From: Candidatus Latescibacterota bacterium
Lineage (GTDB): Bacteria; Latescibacterota; UBA2968
Length of the DNA: 64,000 nt
Assembly: GCA_965116885.1 (NCBI GenBank)
Contig: OZ220741.1
Coordinates: forward strand, 1,184,001-1,248,000
Direction of reading: 5' to 3'
This document shows positions 39,876-48,281 of the stretch, piece by piece. Position 1 is the stretch's first letter. Each line of letters begins with the position of its first letter. The position numbers and the translations under genes were made by a program. The notes under the pieces are model-generated. The model saw only the letters and a list, made by a program, of their open reading frames with translations, was not told where the DNA came from and did not search any database.

Positions 39876-39941
39876 AAAAACAAAAAAGCGCGGAAAATCT
39901 ACTATAGGAGATGTATCTCTCCTACAGTAGCTCCCCCGCGC
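39876..39941 (-). terminator. Long hairpin with U-tract in the 5' leader of the metallophosphoesterase
   Basis: Minus strand GCGCGG..CTACTGTAGGAGA-GATACA-TCTCCTATAGTAG..CCGCGC-TTTTTTGTTTTT; TTGCTT-N17-TACCAT promoter at about 40011-39983. Confidence 0.65.
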
Positions 39942-40214
39942 CATTAATTCAGTTGACGCAAATCTGCTATTCATTTACACCAATGGTACACTATAGAGCA
40001 TCAGAAAGCAAGTCTTTTGGATTCGCACATTAAGACATTCTGAACAAGTGAATTTTTGAGTATAATATACTTATAGTCAAAATTCGCCATGTCCTCACAC
40101 GCAGAATACACCCGCCGCACGCGAAAAGGCACGTTGTAAAAAGGAGTACCTGATGGCTGACATACTCGACTTCACCAAACCTCATGTATTGAGAAACAAA
40201 GAGGATTTGGAATA

Positions 40215-40937
40215 ATGAAATATAAGGCGATAATTTTCGACTTGTTTGGGACTCTGGTTGATAACTTTAGCAAAAAAGAGCACGACAAAGTACATGCATT
40301 GATGGCCGAAACCTTGTCGGGGCCATATGAGACGTTCAGACAAGCATTCGGCTCTTCTTATTCTGACCGATGCATTGGGAAATTCAGGTCAATAGAAGAA
40401 ACTATCGCTGTGTGTTGCGCTCAAATTGGTCTATCTCCTGATGATTGCAAAATCAACACAGCCGCGCAATATCGATACGACTTCACAATGAGAACTCTCA
40501 AACCAACAGTTGAAGTCTTGCTTACGCTTCAAAAACTAAAAGATGATGGCTATAAAATTGGACTGATAACAAACTGTGGTCCAGATGTTCCCCTACTCTG
40601 GCACACTTCCCCTTTGTCAGAGCATATCGATTTACCGCTCTTTTCTTGCACAGAAAAAATACAAAAGCCCGCTATTGAAATCTACAAACGGGCGCATGAA
40701 CAGTTGGGACTTCCGTCAAATGTCTGTGTTTATGTAGGCGATGGTAGCAGCCGGGAAATGATAGGTGCGAAAGAAATAGGTTTCTTACCCGTGCTAAAGC
40801 AAGTCGATTTAGAAGATGTATATGATGACGCAAGACCAGACATAATTGGGTGGCGTGGATTATCAATTACTGAAATTGAGGAACTGCCTGAATTACTCGC
40901 GCACATCAATAGTCCAGATCAGAAGCAAAGGAACTAA
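40215..40937 (+). CDS. HAD-superfamily hydrolase
   Basis: FDLFGTL, ITN, KP, YVGDG motifs. Confidence 0.9.
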   Translation: MKYKAIIFDLFGTLVDNFSKKEHDKVHALMAETLSGPYETFRQAFGSSYSDRCIGKFRSIEETIAVCCAQIGLSPDDCKINTAAQYRYDFTMRTLKPTVEVLLTLQKLKDDGYKIGLITNCGPDVPLLWHTSPLSEHIDLPLFSCTEKIQKPAIEIYKRAHEQLGLPSNVCVYVGDGSSREMIGAKEIGFLPVLKQVDLEDVYDDARPDIIGWRGLSITEIEELPELLAHINSPDQKQRN

Positions 40938-41263
40938 ACAGCAACGACCCGCTGATGGCCGCCTCTATCTTCCGAATGCGTAATGCGAATTTCGATATTG
41001 CGGTTCAGCCGATTCAGAAACCCAAACAGTCTCTCTACACTAAAACGGCTAAAATCGCCGTTCTTCAGCCGAGACACATCGGACTGATTGATCCCAAGAA
41101 TTTCCCCCGCTTTTGCCTGTGTCAGCTTTCGCCCTTCAAGAATACTATAGATTTCAAATGCCAGATCTGCCTTCAGCAACTCACGTTCAGCCTCTGATTC
41201 TGAGAAACCGATGTCCCGAAATACATTTCCAGAGCTTTGCTCAAATTTGACCTTTTCATTCAT
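40934..41263 (-). CDS. XRE/HigA-like antitoxin (orphan paralogue of 23550-23873)
   Basis: SSGNVFRDIG..KLTQAKAGEILGINQSDVSRLKNG..FLNRLNRNIEIRI..QRVVAV. Confidence 0.9.
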   Translation of the reverse strand: MNEKVKFEQSSGNVFRDIGFSESEAERELLKADLAFEIYSILEGRKLTQAKAGEILGINQSDVSRLKNGDFSRFSVERLFGFLNRLNRNIEIRITHSEDRGGHQRVVAV

Positions 41264-41328
41264 TTTTTCCCTCCATCTTGCTCACGAGAATCCCCGACCC
41301 ATGTCACTTCTCTTATCGTTTCATTCAA
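41260..41328 (-). pseudogene. Internally deleted RelE/HigB toxin remnant
   Basis: 22-codon MNETIREVTWVGDSREQDGGKK (TTG start); WVGDS matches WIGDS of the intact toxin; ATGA overlap with the antitoxin. Confidence 0.7.
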
Positions 41329-41384
41329 AATTGTACCTTCCTTCAATTTATGGCAAATTTACCATATTTATATGAAAAATTCAA

Positions 41385-41480
41385 GGTTTTTTAGCATTGT
41401 TAATCGCATTGACCACAGTGAGTTATCAGGCGAGGAAAATTGCCCGCACCAATCCCGTGGATGCCCTGAGATATGAGTGA
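41385..41480 (+). pseudogene. 3'-terminal relic of a type C permease
   Basis: Reads GFLALLIALTTVSYQARKIARTNPVDALRYE*; direct repeat of 38141-38236. Confidence 0.85.
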
Positions 41481-41596
41481 GCTATATAACCCCTTGTTTT
41501 TTCGCTTAAATTGAGACTCTGTTTACAGGCCGTCCCTTAAAAGAAAAACAGAAATCCGACAAGACCAGATCGCCGGTCCTGGACGAGTCTGCACTG

Positions 41597-41956
41597 GTGG
41601 AAGGGCGACTGATGGAAGCGAACTGGGCTTGTGGGACAGCAGAACTGCACTACATTCCACAAAGGGTCGTGCTGTTGCGTTTTGATCCGTCTCTGAACGA
41701 CGACATGCGTCGGCTGGCGACACAATATGTGGAGATCAGAGGCCGTGGTCGCTTCAACGACAATGACGAATGGGATGTTATTTACGTAGAGCAGATAACC
41801 GACACGCGATCATGGTCAGAGCCATTTGACCTCGACGCATTTCGCAACGATCCCAATCCGAAAATTTTCGATCCCGATAAAGTAGTCGCCATTGACTTGA
41901 CAGAAGAAGAGTGGGAGGCTTTCCAGCGTGCGATATGTGAAGGACGGGATGTTTGA
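41597..41956 (+). pseudogene. Probably 5'-truncated hypothetical protein with an antitoxin-like acidic C-terminus
   Basis: No clear RBS; ends DLTEEEWEAFQRAICEGRDV, overlapping a PIN N-terminus. Confidence 0.45.
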
Positions 41957-42011
41957 TGCTTTCCTGATTGTTGATACCGATACCATCATCGACTTCTTAA
42001 GACATCAGTAG
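41949..42011 (+). pseudogene. Truncated VapC/PIN toxin N-terminus
   Basis: MFDAFLIVDTDTIIDFLRHQ* carries the first PIN motif (hhDTDhhhDhLR). Confidence 0.6.
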
Positions 42012-42022
42012 GACTCGGACAC

Positions 42023-42547
42023 TTACTTTTTTAACTTTACAAATTCTGCAAAACCCATCCTCTTTCCAGTGAGCGAAAAGATGACCATTTCATGACATAC
42101 AACAACAACACGCTGAAAGGTCCGGTATCGTTCCAATACGCGACCAACACGACTACGCACACTGGACATCGGCTCCCAATCTCTCGTCTCTCCTATAGGC
42201 CACTCACCTCCCAACTCACGCATTTCTGCTTCTGTTTCTTCGACAAGCGCCATTGAATCGCGCCATCCGCAAATCCATTCGTGCAGATCAAACTCGACTC
42301 GAAGTGGAAGATTGAGTATCCGGCTGAGTATAGCAGCCGATTGGAGCGCCCGTGACATTGGAGACGAGATAATAATCTGAGGATCTTCCGTTGACAGGGA
42401 CTTTGAAGCATTCTCAATCTGGCTGATCCCCTTATCGGTCAACGGAATAATATGGGCTGCCCAACCCTCCTCTGCGCCTTTGAGATTCCCACCAGCAGCT
42501 AAATCCCAAATGGGTTCTCCATGCCGAATAAGATAGAAAGTCGTCAT
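42023..42547 (-). CDS. Histidine phosphatase (phosphoglycerate mutase-like) family protein
   Basis: LIRHGE, LT.KG..Q, SSPMSRALQSA, VVCH. Confidence 0.9.
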   Translation of the reverse strand: MTTFYLIRHGEPIWDLAAGGNLKGAEEGWAAHIIPLTDKGISQIENASKSLSTEDPQIIISSPMSRALQSAAILSRILNLPLRVEFDLHEWICGWRDSMALVEETEAEMRELGGEWPIGETRDWEPMSSVRSRVGRVLERYRTFQRVVVVCHEMVIFSLTGKRMGFAEFVKLKK

Positions 42548-42607
42548 TCCTCAATCTCCATTGATATGTGTGAAACGGAAAGAATCTCAACAGCACACGC
42601 CATCGTA

Positions 42608-42644
42608 CCTGTTGACCGTTCATCAGCCTGTTAAACCGCTTATC
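42608..42644 (+). promoter_or_regulatory. LytTR-type direct-repeat binding site
   Basis: ACCGTTCAT (42615) and ACCGCTTAT (42635), upstream of the hydrolase-LytS-LytTR operon. Confidence 0.55.
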
Positions 42645-42728
42645 ATGTTTTGCTTCTTAAAACGCGATTCCTGCCTACCTTTTGATCGATCACAACAGAG
42701 AAGTACTCACTATCAAAAGGAGGATGGC

Positions 42729-43646
42729 ATGCCAAAATGGAAACACATCATATTGCAAATCAATGCACTCTTCATCGCGCTTTTAACACCGGATCCTACA
42801 TCTGCACAGACAGATAATGCACAACCTTTCAAAGTACAAATAACGGGATCCGGGCATCCGATGATCTTAATTCCCGGTCTAAGCAGCTCTGGAGACGTTT
42901 GGTGCGAAACAGTCAGCCGATACCAGAACAGCTTTGAATGCCACGTCTTTACACTCGCGGGATTTGCCGGACAGCCCCCTGTGCAAACAGACCACTATTT
43001 GCAAACCATGAGAGACGCGCTTATTGCATATATTCAGGAAAACGACCTGAAAAAACCAATCCTTGCAGGACACAGTTTGGGCGGTTTTCTATCATTGTGG
43101 GTTGCTGCAAGCATACCCGAAAGCGTGGGATCGCTTATTATAGTCGATGCAGTACCCTTTTTACCCGCACTACAAAATCCAGCGGCAACAGTTGAATTTA
43201 TGCGTGTGCCAGCAGAACAAACACGCGCCTATATACTTTCCCAAACACCTGAACAAAGAGAAAAAGCAACACCATCTATGCTCAAAATGATGATCACAGA
43301 CCCTGCAAAAGTAGATACGGCTGTCGTATGGAGTCTATCTTCGGACCCAAACACAGTTGCACAAGCAATGTACGAAATGTTTTTAACCGACTTGCGAACC
43401 GAAATAAAAAAAATACAAACACCTGTTTTGGTACTGGGAGCCTGGATTTCGGGGCAATCTCATGGCGCAACGCGAGAAAGTTCACTGGCCGCATATCAAA
43501 AACAGTATGATCAAGTTAAGAATTGCGAAATATGGATGACGGACACCGGCAAACATTTTATTATGTGGGACGACCCAGAGGGCTACTTTACGACCATTGA
43601 TGCGTTCCTCTCTCTCAAGACAACCACGCCCCAGACTCCCAGGTGA
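42729..43646 (+). CDS. Secreted alpha/beta hydrolase
   Basis: Signal-like N-terminus, LIPGL, GHSLGG nucleophile elbow, KHFIMWD. Start moved to 42729 after AAGGAGG. Confidence 0.9.
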   Translation: MPKWKHIILQINALFIALLTPDPTSAQTDNAQPFKVQITGSGHPMILIPGLSSSGDVWCETVSRYQNSFECHVFTLAGFAGQPPVQTDHYLQTMRDALIAYIQENDLKKPILAGHSLGGFLSLWVAASIPESVGSLIIVDAVPFLPALQNPAATVEFMRVPAEQTRAYILSQTPEQREKATPSMLKMMITDPAKVDTAVVWSLSSDPNTVAQAMYEMFLTDLRTEIKKIQTPVLVLGAWISGQSHGATRESSLAAYQKQYDQVKNCEIWMTDTGKHFIMWDDPEGYFTTIDAFLSLKTTTPQTPR

Positions 43647-43653
43647 GCACAAT

Positions 43654-44709
43654 ATGTCCGAGATCAAAAACCACAGCAAAGCGTATTGGACCTGTCAGAT
43701 TTTGGGATGGGGAATTTACGGCCTGCTCAACACATTTTTTTTATCCGCTTTTCAGACCATTACCGCACAAAATCTGGGCATCACCGTTTTTGGATCTATC
43801 CAACTTTTATTGTGGACACACCTGCTCAGAACCATATTCAAAAAACGGCATTGGGTCACACTGCCTTTGTGGAAACTCTTTATCAGAGTATTGATAGCCG
43901 ACCTTGTCATTGCGATTATCAGCCAGAGCATTCAAATCTTTGGTTATCTTTATATAGACGAGACGCTTACGATTGAACAATTCCGTTGGAAATTGTATGG
44001 CATCCAAATACTCAACACGAACTTTATCCTCTGGATATGGTCGCTGTTATATGTCGTGTTCCACATGTTTGACATAACCAAACGCGGAGAACGCGAAAAA
44101 TGGGAATTACAAACAGCGGTTAAAGAAGCCGAATTGATGGCACTAAAAGCCCAGATAAATCCTCATTTTCTTTTTAACAGCCTCAACAATATCCGCGCTC
44201 TGGTCATTGAAAATCCTGCACGAGCACGCGACATGATCTCAAAACTGTCTGAGCTATTCCGATACGCGCTGCAGGTCAGCAGCACCAGAAGTGTGTCGTT
44301 AAAAGAGGAATTGGCAATTGTGAAAAACTATCTCCAACTCGAAGCCGTCCAGTTGGAAGACAGGTTGCGTTATCGGTTTGACATCGCGCCGGAAACACAA
44401 CAAGTCGAAATTCCCCCGATGACCATACAAACCCTGGTCGAAAATGCCATTCGACACGGCATTGCACAGCATCCCGATGGTGGCGAAATCTCAATTCGGA
44501 CAACCCTTCAGCAAACTGTTATGGAGGTCTGCATTGTAAACACCGGCCAAATGAAAAACAACGCAACACATGACGGCATTGGCCTGCAAAACACCAGAGA
44601 ACGTCTGCGCCTTTTATTTGGAGAAACCGCGCAATTAACGGTTGAAAATACGTCTCAAAATCAGGTCTGTGCAAAATTTCAAGTGCCGCTCACTGGACAA
44701 CAAATATGA
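43654..44709 (+). CDS. LytS/YehU family membrane sensor histidine kinase
   Basis: About 4 TM segments; LKAQINPHFLFNSLN; QTLVENAIRHG; GIGLQN. Confidence 0.95.
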   Translation: MSEIKNHSKAYWTCQILGWGIYGLLNTFFLSAFQTITAQNLGITVFGSIQLLLWTHLLRTIFKKRHWVTLPLWKLFIRVLIADLVIAIISQSIQIFGYLYIDETLTIEQFRWKLYGIQILNTNFILWIWSLLYVVFHMFDITKRGEREKWELQTAVKEAELMALKAQINPHFLFNSLNNIRALVIENPARARDMISKLSELFRYALQVSSTRSVSLKEELAIVKNYLQLEAVQLEDRLRYRFDIAPETQQVEIPPMTIQTLVENAIRHGIAQHPDGGEISIRTTLQQTVMEVCIVNTGQMKNNATHDGIGLQNTRERLRLLFGETAQLTVENTSQNQVCAKFQVPLTGQQI

Positions 44710-45419
44710 ATGCATTGATTGTCGATGATTCCCGACTTGCCCGTCAGGAATTAAAACACTTACTCAAAGCTTTTGAGGCCATCACTGTCGCAGGTGAAGC
44801 CGCAAATGCAGATGCAGCACGGCAACAACTCAAAAGACTATCTGTCGATGTGATCTTCCTCGACATTCAGATGCCCGGACAAGACGGTTTTGAATTGCTT
44901 GAAACCCTCGACCAGGTACCACAGGTGATCTTTACAACCGCCTACGACGAATATGCCATTCGGGCGTTTGAAGTAAACGCGCTCGACTACTTGCTAAAAC
45001 CCATTCAGCCTGAACGCCTTGCAAGCGCGATTGAAAAATTACAAGCCCAAACGCTTTCTCCCGATGAAACTGTTGCACCGGCATTGACAGATTCGAGTCG
45101 CGTCTTTGTAAAAGACGGGGACCAGTGCTGGTTTATCACACTCTCAGACATTCAATTGTTCGAAGTCTCTGGCAACTACACGCGGGTCTATTTTCAAAAA
45201 TTCAAACCCCTTATTCCGCGCACCCTCAACCACCTTGAAGAGCGTTTGGACAAACGCATATTTTTCCGTGTCAATCGCCAACAAATTATCAATTTACAGT
45301 ATATTGAAAAAATTGAGCCCTATTTTCAAGGCAGCCTGAAAGTATTTTTGAAAGGGGGCTATGAAATAGAAATTTCCCGACGTCAGACACAAAAATTCCG
45401 AGAGCGCCTGAGTCTTTAA
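44706..45419 (+). CDS. LytTR family response regulator
   Basis: IVDD, FLDIQMP, TTAYDEYA, DYLLKP; LytTR FFRVNRQQIIN..ISRR. Confidence 0.95.
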   Translation: MNALIVDDSRLARQELKHLLKAFEAITVAGEAANADAARQQLKRLSVDVIFLDIQMPGQDGFELLETLDQVPQVIFTTAYDEYAIRAFEVNALDYLLKPIQPERLASAIEKLQAQTLSPDETVAPALTDSSRVFVKDGDQCWFITLSDIQLFEVSGNYTRVYFQKFKPLIPRTLNHLEERLDKRIFFRVNRQQIINLQYIEKIEPYFQGSLKVFLKGGYEIEISRRQTQKFRERLSL

Positions 45420-45467
45420 TCTGTGCGATCCAGCCATTGTGAAATAATGGTTCTACAGCTAATATAG

Positions 45468-45503
45468 CAGGCACATTGAAATTAAAACAATGTGCCTGTT
45501 TTT
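45468..45503 (+). terminator. Intrinsic terminator directly upstream of cassette copy 3
   Basis: CAGGCACATTG-N9-CAATGTGCCTG-TTTTT. Confidence 0.75.
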
Positions 45504-45507
45504 ATTA

Positions 45508-45629
45508 TAAGTGTTCATTTTCGGACACTACTGTATCAAAATCGGACACTTATTGAACGACGTTCATGACACAAATTTCCATAACTACTTGTAAAACATA
45601 GAGAAGATGTTTTTGGCACGGGAATTGCT
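45508..45629 (+). promoter_or_regulatory. Sigma54 promoter cassette copy 3 (UAS 45508-45551, -24/-12 at 45614-45629)
   Basis: Identical 44-mer; TGGCACG-GGAA-TTGCT. Confidence 0.85.
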
Positions 45630-45737
45630 TAGTATTTTGATACATTCACGCTTTCGCGTATCGCATTGTATCGGACATCGGTATTTTTTACGTCGAGGAA
45701 TATCAGTCTGCATTGAAAACGACATCCGGAGGTCAAC

Positions 45738-48218
45738 ATGTTTCGCGGTTATCTCATAGCCACCATTCGCACCTTGCTAAAAAACAGGGGCTTGACAGCG
45801 ATTAATATCCTGGGTCTGGCAATTGGAATGGCATCTGTAATTTTGATCATCCTCTACATTCAGTACGAACTGAGCTATGACCGACACCATGCCCATGCGA
45901 ACCGCATCTACGGCGTTTTTCGCGTCATGTCAATGGAAAATACCACATCGGTCAATCCGCGTGCATCTGGCGCACTGGCACCGGCATTAAAGCGCGATTT
46001 CCCCGAAGTACAGGAAGCCATCCGCGTACAACGGCTCGACGCTTGGGTGCAAACCCAAACCCGCTTTTTTCAGCAAGACATGTGTGTGGCAGACCCAGAG
46101 ATTTTCAATGTGTTCACCATTCCATTTATAAGCGGCGATCCGAACACGGCATTGACGCAGTCGGGCTCAATGGTGCTAACAGAGTCAATGGCGCGCAAAT
46201 TCTTTCAGAACCAGAATCCAATAGGAAAAGCCCTGCAAGTAGATCACCAGGAACTGAGCGGCACCTACTTTGTAACGGGTATTGTGCGCGACTTTCCACC
46301 CAATTCGACCTTTTATTTTGATTGCCTGACCGCCACGCCAAAGGGCGCAATGGCGGACATGTGGGCGATATGGCAGCCCACGGGTGTTTTTCGTCCCTTT
46401 TTCACATATATTCTATTGCCCGAAGGATACGACCACCGCGCACTACAGCAAAAACTGCCCGATTTGATAACGCGATACATGGGTGATGAGGTGCGCCAAA
46501 CAACCCGGTACATCTTGCAACCCCTCACCCGCAGGCACCTTTATAGCACTGCGGATTTGGGACTTACGACTGCCGAATATGGCGATATCAAGCAGGTATA
46601 TGCTTTTGGGCTGGTGGCGGGCTTTATTCTCTTATTAGCCTGTGTCAATTTTATGAATCTCTCAACAGCGCGCTCATCCACCAGAGCACGCGAGGTGGGA
46701 TTGCGAAAAGTGGTGGGCGCATCTCGCCGGCAATTGATCGGACAATTTTTGGGCGAATCCGTGCTCGTGTCACTGGCTGCAATGGTGGTGGCTGTCGCAC
46801 TATTTGAACTGGTCCTGCCGTGGTTTAACAGCTTTATCCAGCGGGATCTGACATTGTACAGCACTGAAAATCTGTGGTGGCTGATCGGGTTGATCGGATT
46901 TGGACTGGGCGTAGGTGTACTCGCGGGAAGTTATCCCGCATTTGTACTCTCATCCTTCCTGCCCACGCAGGTGATGAAGGGGGATTGGATACCCGGATCG
47001 AAACACATTGGGCTGCGAAAAGCACTCGTGGTCTTCCAATTTGCAATTTCAATTGCTTTTATCACAGGCACTGTTGTCGTACAAGAGCAACTGGCGTATA
47101 TCCGAAACAAAGACCTCGGATTCGACAAAGAACTCGTCGTCGGCATACCGCTTTTCATCTATTCTCGGCAACTACATCACGGGAATCGAGACGATCTGAG
47201 ATGGCGTATTCCCACGGTAAAAGAGGTGTTCATGGAACACCCAAATATCTTAAAAGCCACAGCCACGCGTTTTCATCAAGGTGGATATCATACGACAGAT
47301 ACTTTTCGAGCTGAAGGCAGTGACGCAGATTGGCAGATGGGCCTGTTTGATATCGACCGCGATTTTCTGGACTTCTTCAACATCGAACTCGTGGCAGGCC
47401 GTCTGGCACCAGAACCACCAAGGCCGCCAGGCAAAATAATAACTCTTGAAGAGTGGCAAGAATACAACAAAAAACTGCAAGCATATCAGGAAAAAGGCCG
47501 GCCATTTATCTTAAATGAAACAGCCGTAAGGCATCTCGGATGGGATGATCCAATAGGCAAACGTTTTAAAGAAAAAAAAGAGCCAGAGGGATATGTGGTA
47601 GGCGTAATAAAAGATTTTCATGCTCAGACATTGCACAATGCCATTCGACCCGTTGTATTCAGAGTTTTTACGGGAGGTGCCAAACATCTCTACCTCAAAC
47701 TGGGCACACAGAACATACCGGAAACACTCGCTTTTATAGAAAAAACATGGCATGAATTTTTACCTCAAATCCCCTTCACTTTCTGGTTTTTGAATGATGA
47801 CCTGACACATGTGCGTTATGAAAATGAAATCCGCACGGGAAATGCACTAACGGTGTTTTCCGGACTGACAATCTTCGTAGCATGCCTGGGACTACTCGGC
47901 CTTATCTCGTTTCGCGCAGAACAAAAAACAAAAGAAATTGGCATTCGGAAAGTCCTGGGCGCATCAATATTCAGTATCTTCAATCTGTTATCCAAAGAAT
48001 TTGTCAAGCTCGTAATCATCGCCTGTGTAATCGCCAGTCCAATAGCCTATCTGTTTGCAGGCAGATGGTTGCAGGACTTCGCCTATCGCATCGACCTTCA
48101 CCTTATGTATTTTCTCATAGGCGGTGTCCTCGCGCTCTTACTTGCACTTGCAACCATGACCTATCAAGCCCTCAAAGCCGCACGGACAAATCCAGTAGAT
48201 GCTTTGCGGACGGAGTAA
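45738..48218 (+). CDS. MacB/FtsX-type ABC permease #9
   Basis: Double FtsX architecture; GGAGG RBS; ends NPVDALRTE. Confidence 0.95.
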   Translation: MFRGYLIATIRTLLKNRGLTAINILGLAIGMASVILIILYIQYELSYDRHHAHANRIYGVFRVMSMENTTSVNPRASGALAPALKRDFPEVQEAIRVQRLDAWVQTQTRFFQQDMCVADPEIFNVFTIPFISGDPNTALTQSGSMVLTESMARKFFQNQNPIGKALQVDHQELSGTYFVTGIVRDFPPNSTFYFDCLTATPKGAMADMWAIWQPTGVFRPFFTYILLPEGYDHRALQQKLPDLITRYMGDEVRQTTRYILQPLTRRHLYSTADLGLTTAEYGDIKQVYAFGLVAGFILLLACVNFMNLSTARSSTRAREVGLRKVVGASRRQLIGQFLGESVLVSLAAMVVAVALFELVLPWFNSFIQRDLTLYSTENLWWLIGLIGFGLGVGVLAGSYPAFVLSSFLPTQVMKGDWIPGSKHIGLRKALVVFQFAISIAFITGTVVVQEQLAYIRNKDLGFDKELVVGIPLFIYSRQLHHGNRDDLRWRIPTVKEVFMEHPNILKATATRFHQGGYHTTDTFRAEGSDADWQMGLFDIDRDFLDFFNIELVAGRLAPEPPRPPGKIITLEEWQEYNKKLQAYQEKGRPFILNETAVRHLGWDDPIGKRFKEKKEPEGYVVGVIKDFHAQTLHNAIRPVVFRVFTGGAKHLYLKLGTQNIPETLAFIEKTWHEFLPQIPFTFWFLNDDLTHVRYENEIRTGNALTVFSGLTIFVACLGLLGLISFRAEQKTKEIGIRKVLGASIFSIFNLLSKEFVKLVIIACVIASPIAYLFAGRWLQDFAYRIDLHLMYFLIGGVLALLLALATMTYQALKAARTNPVDALRTE

Positions 48219-48281
48219 AAACAGAAGCTGTGGGGCAGCGTCTCATGCTTTTACATATTCACAATAGATAATGAGGAAAAC

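Noticed and set aside
42729..45419. LytS/LytTR pair as the activator of the adjacent promoter cassette
   Set aside because: LytTR regulators lack the AAA+ domain needed for sigma54 and bind direct repeats. A separate candidate site lies upstream of their own operon.
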